Below are positions 57,310 to 64,000 of a DNA stretch of 64,000 bases, piece after piece. The translations under genes were made by a program, and so were the position numbers. The notes under the pieces are model-generated. The model saw only the letters and a program-made list of their open reading frames with translations. It did no database searches and was not told the origin of the DNA. The stretch comes from Polyangiaceae bacterium (GTDB lineage: Bacteria > Myxococcota_A > Polyangia > Polyangiales > Polyangiaceae), in NCBI GenBank assembly GCA_033763455.1, contig JANRKO010000047.1, positions 96,001-160,000 of the forward strand, given 5' to 3'. Positions within the stretch are counted from its first letter, which is position 1. The number at the start of each line of letters is the position of its first letter.

Positions 57310-59270
57310 CTTTCTGCCCTCCACAAAAGGGCCCGCCACTCCGGCAGTTAGTACGCGCTGCACTCTGGCCCGCTTCTACCTATGCCCGAGGTTTGCTTGT
57401 CTTGGTCGCCTGCCGGCCGCTCATCATCTGGGCCGCGAGCCGCCTGCTCCGAGTAGAGCCTCTAGGAGTTACCGCGCTGTATCGCCCCGGGGGGGATGTT
57501 CAATATTACGAACTGGTCGCAGCCCTTGCGCGCGGAACCTTAGGGGAATCAAACTTGTGGGAAACCTACGGTGAAGGGCTGCACCCCTTTCCGCTCGCCG
57601 GAATCGCGCTGCACGCGCTCGGGTTTGCCTTGGCGGGGGCCTATGGCCTGCTCTTGGCCGATACGCTGGTTGCTTACGCGTTCTTCGTACTCTACAGCCT
57701 GCTGGCGCGGCTACTGGGAGCACGAGAGAACACCGCCTCGACGCTCGCCGGGTTTGCGGCAAGTTATCTGTTCGCAGCCGCTTGGCCCATAACGGATAGC
57801 CTGGGTTTTTGGCGAGACCTCTACTGGGGTGATCGTTTTCCGCGCCCCTACGTGACTTCTGTGTTTGTCTATTTGGCTCTCAGCGTGCTTGCGGTGCTTT
57901 GGACGCGCCCGCGCGAACCTCGAAGTATCACGTTCTTCAGCGTCGCGGGCGTGTCCGCTGCTTTGTTGGTGCAGTCTGACATCTATTCGGCGTTTATCGT
58001 GAGCCTCGCGACTTTACCGGTATTGCTTAACCTCTGGCGAACCAGAAGCTCCGGCAGCCTTGGCCCACTCTCTTTGCGGCTGGCGTTCTTTCTCTCCTCG
58101 TTCGCGCTCGTCGTATGGCCATTCGTGCTGCAGAAGCACAGCACCACGGCGGCGCTCTTGGTGCGCTGGGGGGCGTATCCTGTTTCTCGCCTTCACGCCC
58201 TCACCTGGATCCGCGAAGTGCCTCCTGCTGGGTTCCTGGTGCTGGCGGGCTTCGCGGCACTTACCTGGCTCGCGCTTCGCCGCTCTTTGCCCGAGCGGCG
58301 CGCGCTCGCGCTCTCTCACGCCGCCTTTTGGCTCACCCTCGTAGTGGGCGCTAGCGTTAGCCTGCCACTCTTTTCGGCTGTTTTAGGTCAAGGGCTCTAC
58401 CCCTACATGTTCCCCGACCGAATTCGCCGATTCGCGCTGGATGGCGCGCTGTTCTTGTTTGCTATTGCTATCGTGCCAGCGGCCCTGGCGCGCTTCCGCG
58501 AAGTTACGCACAACAACAAGAGCGGGGAGAGTTCTGGGAGGTTCTGGCCACGCATGCTAGGCGCTGGCTTTACGCTTGCTGTAGCGCTCTCCATCGTCGG
58601 GCGCGGAGTTCAAAATGCCCGGCGAGAAACCCACACCCGTGTCAGTTGGTACAACTTTGAGTCCCTTGGCTCGTACCGTCACAATTTTTCTGAGCTCGCT
58701 TATGAGCTCAAGAACGCCCGCTATTCAAACCTGGCAGTGCTTGGCACTCTCGATCAACAGGTGCATGTTTATTGGCAAGCATTCCACGGGGGGTACGCTT
58801 TCGTACCCGATGCTTGGGTGTCAATAGCAAATGAAGCTGAGCTTGAGCACCGTTTCGCGAGCTTTGCGCACCTTTTGGGCGCTACCGAGGCCCAGTACGC
58901 CGGGCTCCTCGGCACGAGTGGGCTCCAGATCGTGTTCATGAGCGTCTCCAAGTACGCCGCTAACCGCGAGCACACCTACGCTCCGCTCTCGGACTACACG
59001 CCCGAACAGCGCGCGCGCATCGCCAGAAGGGGTCTCTTCGTGGCCTTCCAGCCCGAGCTTCCCGAGTCGGAATTACGGCGCCTGACGGCGAAGTACCGGG
59101 CACGCGCCCAGCACCCTGAAACGCGGAGGTTGGATCTTGTTGTGTTGACCAACGATGCCCCATTCCGTGACCTCGCACCGCCTGCGGACCGCTTCCAGAG
59201 AACCTTCGAAAATGAGATCTTTCGAGTTTACGTCCGGAATGAGCGTCAGCTACGAACGAACACCAACTGA
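57306..59270 (+). CDS. Multi-pass membrane protein, possible GT-C glycosyltransferase
   Basis: About 12 TM segments; early periplasmic loop (GD..YY); soluble C-terminal domain; follows a GtrB-like gene. Confidence 0.6.
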   Translation: MTFCPPQKGPPLRQLVRAALWPASTYARGLLVLVACRPLIIWAASRLLRVEPLGVTALYRPGGDVQYYELVAALARGTLGESNLWETYGEGLHPFPLAGIALHALGFALAGAYGLLLADTLVAYAFFVLYSLLARLLGARENTASTLAGFAASYLFAAAWPITDSLGFWRDLYWGDRFPRPYVTSVFVYLALSVLAVLWTRPREPRSITFFSVAGVSAALLVQSDIYSAFIVSLATLPVLLNLWRTRSSGSLGPLSLRLAFFLSSFALVVWPFVLQKHSTTAALLVRWGAYPVSRLHALTWIREVPPAGFLVLAGFAALTWLALRRSLPERRALALSHAAFWLTLVVGASVSLPLFSAVLGQGLYPYMFPDRIRRFALDGALFLFAIAIVPAALARFREVTHNNKSGESSGRFWPRMLGAGFTLAVALSIVGRGVQNARRETHTRVSWYNFESLGSYRHNFSELAYELKNARYSNLAVLGTLDQQVHVYWQAFHGGYAFVPDAWVSIANEAELEHRFASFAHLLGATEAQYAGLLGTSGLQIVFMSVSKYAANREHTYAPLSDYTPEQRARIARRGLFVAFQPELPESELRRLTAKYRARAQHPETRRLDLVVLTNDAPFRDLAPPADRFQRTFENEIFRVYVRNERQLRTNTN

Positions 59271-60046
59271 ACCTGGGAAGCAAATACCTTCGGCAGCTTC
59301 TGCGTGAGGACACTGTCGGCCCGCTCGACCCACTTCGCCAGGCCCAAGGGGAGCGGCACATAGGCAGTGGTCGCGATGACGCCCCCCGAGTTCAGTAACG
59401 TGAGAAACTCGGAGTACGAGCGGTGCATTAACGCCAACTCTGGAACACGTCGAGCGAGCTCATCCTCGCGCGCTAGGAGCAAATCCACCACGGCGTTGTT
59501 GCCCGCCCAGGGATTATCTGGGTTCGTACAAGGCGCACTCTCATCGTACACATCCACCCCGAAATCATAGCCCTCATGCCGCTGCAAGCGCAGCGCCGCC
59601 CGCAAGAACAAGGAACACCGGACATCTTGGACGATGAGGCGACCGCCAGGGCGCAGAATACGCACCATCTCACGAAAGAAGCGGAGCGGGTACGCCAGGT
59701 GGTGAATCATGTTCACAGAAATGGCGAAGTCAAACTCCCCATTTTCGAACGGGGTGGCCATTGCATCCACGTTCTTTACGTCGAGCCAGTCGCTCTCAGC
59801 ATAGTCCGTGATCAAGAGTTCCTTGGCTTGCACCAATTCCCTGGAGAATCCGGGGCCGGCACCCAACTCCACCCCGCGATCGTTCGGCCCTATGAAGCTA
59901 TTCATCCAGCGATATCTATTCTCTACCAAGAGCTTCAGGTTAGCGCTTGGATGCCCGTAGTAGCGTTTCCTGGCTGCCACCGTATCATTAGGACCCTTCA
60001 TACGGTTATCCGCAGCCTGCGGAACATATCGAGACAACGCGCTCAT
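59246..60046 (-). CDS. Class I SAM methyltransferase
   Basis: ELGAGPG, DAMATPF....FD, HHL..P, RILRPGG. Confidence 0.87.
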   Translation of the reverse strand: MSALSRYVPQAADNRMKGPNDTVAARKRYYGHPSANLKLLVENRYRWMNSFIGPNDRGVELGAGPGFSRELVQAKELLITDYAESDWLDVKNVDAMATPFENGEFDFAISVNMIHHLAYPLRFFREMVRILRPGGRLIVQDVRCSLFLRAALRLQRHEGYDFGVDVYDESAPCTNPDNPWAGNNAVVDLLLAREDELARRVPELALMHRSYSEFLTLLNSGGVIATTAYVPLPLGLAKWVERADSVLTQKLPKVFASQVQLVFVRS

Positions 60047-61356
60047 TAGTGGCTCTCGCTTGCCGCTGTAGGGAGCGAACCCGCCGGTGAACTGCTCGGG
60101 ACCGTGCCTTTACTTGTAGGAAAATGAAGCGCGGCCACCAAGAGACCGATTAGCACCCAAATATGCCTGGCATCCTCAAAGGCACCGCTTAAGCCTTGAT
60201 ACCCCAGGCTACCCACAAGCGCACAGCCAAGCGCGCGCGGCCAAACGCCCGCTTCGCCCGTGTTCCAGCTTCGTAAGCGCCACGAGCGAAGCAAGTGCAC
60301 CATGAGCCAGCCAAACGCCGAAAGCCCGACGATCCCCTCTTGCGCGGCGACACTCAGGACCACGTTGTGCGCTTCGGTGAGGTTCTCCTGAATGCCGGAA
60401 GGCACGACCCAGGAAACGTTCACCGGATCGGTGCCCACGCCTTTTCCGAGCACAGGATGCTGCAAGAACGTCCGAAGGGCATCCTTCCAAACCAAGATCC
60501 TGACACTCGGGGCGAAGCTCCCAGAGAGCGACACCGTTGTGGCGGCGAACAAGGCTGTTGCCAGAAGTGCTCCCGTGCCGAGCGCTAGCCGACCCAGCCT
60601 AGCATTGGAGGTGCCTCGCGTCTCTAGCCAGAGCCACAGCCCCGCGCCGAGCGCGATGCCTCCAATGCCTGTGGAAAAGGTGAACGCCGCTGCAGCAGCG
60701 GTTAGCAGAAGCAAACACGCGGCGGCTAGGCGAGAGATGAATCTTCGATAAAGAGCTGCGAGCGTTATCAACACGCTCACTATGAGGTAATTGCAGAACA
60801 TGTTCCCGTTGGTGAAAAATCCATAGAGGCGCGGGTAATTCCCAGGTGGAAGGGAGCCGTAGTTCCAGAGCACCAAGTTCACGGCACGTTCGCGAACTCC
60901 TAGATAAAAAATCGCAACACCGAGAGCACACGCCACAACGCTGAGGCCTGTTACCGAGAGCCACACGCGCACCACGCTTCTGAGCCTGGCTTCGGTGGTT
61001 ATCAGATTCATACCCAAGAAAGCCAACGCGAGTAGATAAATCTCCCCAGCAAACTTGATAAGGCTTCGCTTCGGTTCTGCGGACACCAAAATGGACAAGC
61101 CCATGGCCGCCGCGTACGCCAACATGGGCCAGTACACCGAGAGGCTCCGGACCTTCACGCCTCTGAGCAGGCTGGCGCCACCGAACAGCGTTGCGGCCAC
61201 AAGGAAAGCCAAATCCGACAGGCCAACGACCTGCCCAGCGATGCGGATCGAACCGAAGCGGAACGCGAGCACTCCGACTATCAGGAGGTACACGGCCCAT
61301 GCTCCGCGTCCGAGTAGGATCCCCACTGGCGAAGCTGCTCGGACGGAGGCACTCAT
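60046..61356 (-). CDS. Second O-antigen ligase (WaaL/Wzy_C) family protein
   Basis: PRL.GFF.N.NM..NYL, R..VWKDA...F.QHP..G.G.G, EAHNV.L...Q.G..G; alternative start at 61434. Confidence 0.82.
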   Translation of the reverse strand: MSASVRAASPVGILLGRGAWAVYLLIVGVLAFRFGSIRIAGQVVGLSDLAFLVAATLFGGASLLRGVKVRSLSVYWPMLAYAAAMGLSILVSAEPKRSLIKFAGEIYLLALAFLGMNLITTEARLRSVVRVWLSVTGLSVVACALGVAIFYLGVRERAVNLVLWNYGSLPPGNYPRLYGFFTNGNMFCNYLIVSVLITLAALYRRFISRLAAACLLLLTAAAAAFTFSTGIGGIALGAGLWLWLETRGTSNARLGRLALGTGALLATALFAATTVSLSGSFAPSVRILVWKDALRTFLQHPVLGKGVGTDPVNVSWVVPSGIQENLTEAHNVVLSVAAQEGIVGLSAFGWLMVHLLRSWRLRSWNTGEAGVWPRALGCALVGSLGYQGLSGAFEDARHIWVLIGLLVAALHFPTSKGTVPSSSPAGSLPTAASESH

Positions 61357-61474
61357 CGGTCGTACGCCTTCTTGCCTTGTTCGCGTGCGTAAGGCAATGT
61401 TAGAAGCAGTAAGATTGTCCAAAAGCGCGGTCATGCGGCCGATAACCCCGCAGCACCAGCAGCGAAAGCCACGG

Positions 61475-62212
61475 ATGCCAAAACTGTCAGTCGTAGTCCC
61501 CGTCTACAATGAAGAACCTCAGTTAGCAGAGGTGATTGCCCTCTTGTTTGCGTCACCCTGCCCCATCGAACGCGAATGGATATTCATTGACGATTGCTCG
61601 ACGGATCGAAGCCTTGAGATCTTGAAGAGAGAGTCTGAGCGCTACGGCTTCAAGCTTCTGGCCCAGGCGCGCAACCAGGGAAAAGGGGCAGCGGTAATCC
61701 GCGGCATTCGCGAGGCCACGGGCGATTTTATCGTTATCCAAGATGCAGATCGCGAGTACGATCCGGCGGATATTCCCGCGCTTTTGCAGCCCCTTCTCGA
61801 TGGGAAAGCTGATGTCGTTTATGGCAGCCGATTCAAGAAGAGCGGTAATCAAGTCCATCGAACGTATCACTACTTCGTCAATCGCTCGCTAACGATCGCG
61901 AGCAATCTGCTCTCTGGCTGTTACCTCACAGACATGGAAACTTGCTACAAGGTCTTCCGCGCGGATCTCTTGAAAGCGATGAAGCTGGAGTCCCAGCGCT
62001 TCGGCATTGAGGTCGAGCTCACCGCCAAAATCGCCAAGGTTCGAGCACGCGTCTACGAGCTTCCGATTTCCTACTACCCGCGCACGCGGCTACAGGGCAA
62101 GAAAATCGGGTGGAAAGACGGCGCGGCGGCGCTCGCCCATTTAGTGCGTTACAACCTCCTCACGTCGGTTGAGGATTCCTTCGATCACGTCGACGAGCGC
62201 TACCGTCGATAA
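61475..62212 (+). CDS. GT2 glycosyltransferase (dolichol-phosphate mannose synthase-like)
   Basis: [52 protein letters not shown]. Confidence 0.92.
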   Translation: MPKLSVVVPVYNEEPQLAEVIALLFASPCPIEREWIFIDDCSTDRSLEILKRESERYGFKLLAQARNQGKGAAVIRGIREATGDFIVIQDADREYDPADIPALLQPLLDGKADVVYGSRFKKSGNQVHRTYHYFVNRSLTIASNLLSGCYLTDMETCYKVFRADLLKAMKLESQRFGIEVELTAKIAKVRARVYELPISYYPRTRLQGKKIGWKDGAAALAHLVRYNLLTSVEDSFDHVDERYRR

Positions 62213-62234
62213 TGAACGAGCTTCACGGTCATCG

Positions 62235-63317
62235 ATGAAGGAAGCGCTCACACGCGAGAATGCGAACGGTACCAAAGGGCCGAAGCTCGCTGAGCTAGAG
62301 TGCCTGCGGGGGCTCGCAGCATTCTACGTATTTCTGCACCACTACGTGCGCCGCGGCGTGCCCGAGTTGCCGATCTTGGTGCGTTTCTTCAGCTTCGGCC
62401 AAGTGGCAGTCATGCTCTTTTTCTTGGTGTCCGGGTTCGTGATTCACCTGGCTACACGCTCAGCCACCGGTCCGTTTCAATTTTTCCCGTACCTCTTGAG
62501 ACGCATCCGTCGCATCTATCCGCCCTACTTGATCGCGCTGCTATTGACGTGGGTTTGCTGGTGGGTGGTGCCCATCAACCTGCCTTTCAGCTTCAAAGAG
62601 TTGGCCGGCAACGCCCTGATGCTCCAAGGCGAATCTGGGACCTCCTCCATCAAACATTTTCTCGACAACTATCCGCTGTGGTCTCTGAGCTACGAGTTTT
62701 GGTTTTATGTGCTGTATGGGCTCCTGGTAAGCTCCGGCCTTAGCTTCGAGCAACAGCGCAGGGTCACGCTCGTGGTCACCGCCCTGGCCACGATCGTGGA
62801 TCTAACGATCCCCAATCAGGCTGCACGCTTCATCTCCTACTTTCCGCTTTGGTGGGTCGGCGTTGAGCTCGCCGAACTGTACGAGCAGAGCAAGAGGATC
62901 CGGCTTCGCTCTTTGCTTCCGGCGCTCTCCGTGCTCGCCCTCCCCTTTTTGGCCCGCGCTTTAGACCTCTTATGGCGCTCCGGCTTGGAGATTTCGGTCT
63001 ATGGCGCGCGCGAAACCACGGTGCGGCGCTTTGTAACGGTGGCACTCTTGCTGAGCGTTGGTCTTGTTTGGCAGCGCTTCAGCTTTCGAGGCTTCTGGCC
63101 GATTCTTGGGGTATTTCGCTGGCTTGCCCCCATCTCTTACGCGCTCTACGTCACCCACGCTCCGGTGTTGCGCATTGCCGTGATGAGCTCACCCATCCGT
63201 TCGGGGCTGCTAAATTTTCTGTGGATTTGCCCGCTCGTGCTGGCTGTAGCCTGGGTGATTGAGGTACCCATCCAGAACGCCGTGAACCGCGCTTTTCCTC
63301 TCAGGCCTCGAAAGTAA
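62235..63317 (+). CDS. Acyltransferase-3 (OafA-like O-acyltransferase)
   Basis: LECLRGLAA..V.LHH, FFLVSGF, RRIRRIYPPY, LWSLSYE..FY, ISYALYVTH. Confidence 0.92.
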   Translation: MKEALTRENANGTKGPKLAELECLRGLAAFYVFLHHYVRRGVPELPILVRFFSFGQVAVMLFFLVSGFVIHLATRSATGPFQFFPYLLRRIRRIYPPYLIALLLTWVCWWVVPINLPFSFKELAGNALMLQGESGTSSIKHFLDNYPLWSLSYEFWFYVLYGLLVSSGLSFEQQRRVTLVVTALATIVDLTIPNQAARFISYFPLWWVGVELAELYEQSKRIRLRSLLPALSVLALPFLARALDLLWRSGLEISVYGARETTVRRFVTVALLLSVGLVWQRFSFRGFWPILGVFRWLAPISYALYVTHAPVLRIAVMSSPIRSGLLNFLWICPLVLAVAWVIEVPIQNAVNRAFPLRPRK

Positions 63318-64000
63318 AGGGGAGCACTCGCGTCAGGTGCGCATTAGGCAGCGCCGCCACGCGCTCGAAGTGGGTGGCCCGCCCCGTATAGGGGAACGGC
63401 TCCCCCAGCCAGTTCGAAAGCTTGCCCCCAGCCTCAGAGAGGATCACCTCGCCCGGCGCGATATCCCACAACTTCAGCTTAAATTCTTTGAAATAAACGT
63501 TCCCACTGCCGTCGGCAATGCGACAAATCTTTAGGCCGGCACTGCCGCATTCGAGAAGCTCCGCATTCAGACGTTCAAACAGCACGCCGGCCGGCCCTTT
63601 AGGGTGCGTGCTATCGACAAACTTTGGCCGCTCGGGCCAGGCTACGCTGGGATCGAGGTGGAGTCGCTCCGAGCGATCTTCGGCGTCTATAAGGTAAGAG
63701 CCCTCGCCTCGGATGCCGACGTAACACCTCGATGCTGCGGGTTCAGCGATGGCTCCCAGCTGAACAACTCCGGACTCGATGTACGCGACCTGCACGCAAT
63801 AGCCGTCGAACCCTTCCACGTAGCTGCGGGTGCCATCGAGTGCGTCCACCGTCCAAAATGGGCGGGTGGTATCGAGAGGCTTGGAATTTCCTCCGTCAAA
63901 GCGCTCCTCGCTCAAGAATTGGTCATCCGGGAAGCTCCCCTCCAGCAAGCCGAGCACCCAGCCTTCGGCCGCGATGTCGACGTTGGTCTTGAGTTGCGTT
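63301..64000 (-). CDS. Inositol-monophosphatase/CysQ family phosphatase, 5' end outside the window
   Basis: T..D..AE, FPDD.FLSEE, W.VDALDGT, GSAGLK, WDIAPG..IL.EAGG. Confidence 0.85.
   Translation of the reverse strand, partial: TQLKTNVDIAAEGWVLGLLEGSFPDDQFLSEERFDGGNSKPLDTTRPFWTVDALDGTRSYVEGFDGYCVQVAYIESGVVQLGAIAEPAASRCYVGIRGEGSYLIDAEDRSERLHLDPSVAWPERPKFVDSTHPKGPAGVLFERLNAELLECGSAGLKICRIADGSGNVYFKEFKLKLWDIAPGEVILSEAGGKLSNWLGEPFPYTGRATHFERVAALPNAHLTRVLPFTFEA

Noticed and set aside
63301..64000. Evidence that the polysaccharide is sulfated
   Set aside because: A CysQ-like gene alone is insufficient, and no sulfotransferase or APS kinase was recognised in the window

Overview
A GC-rich bacterial chromosomal segment. 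Gene content (Cys/Gly-rich lipoproteins, a DUF1592-DUF1552 pair, a Hanks-type kinase, an IgGFc-binding-like protein) suggests Myxococcota, probably Polyangiaceae-like; this is an inference. Positions 1-38.5 kb mix housekeeping genes (rlmB-like, cysteine desulfurase, leuS, lptE-like, coaE, folD, lgt, lspA, thiG, thiE-like, mlaF-like) with DNA-repair genes (MrfA/YprA helicase, MrfB/YprB nuclease), signalling genes and many secreted proteins. Positions 38.5-64 kb are a Wzx/Wzy-type surface-polysaccharide locus rich in modifying enzymes. No rRNA, tRNA, CRISPR array, transposase or prophage gene was recognised. The main unexplained signals are: (1) a dispersed intergenic palindrome family (core TACTTAGCATGCTAAGTA, six copies at three loci) that co-occurs with local tandem duplications; (2) a parS-like site 5 bp from a perfect DnaA box; (3) a split mrfA/mrfB pair that one ~13 kb inversion would reunite; (4) an SPFH-SPFH-kinase(cNMP) operon; (5) a lipoprotein with a perfectly conserved PGYGQQPQ x6 repeat. 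All product calls come from motif recognition by eye, not from database searches.
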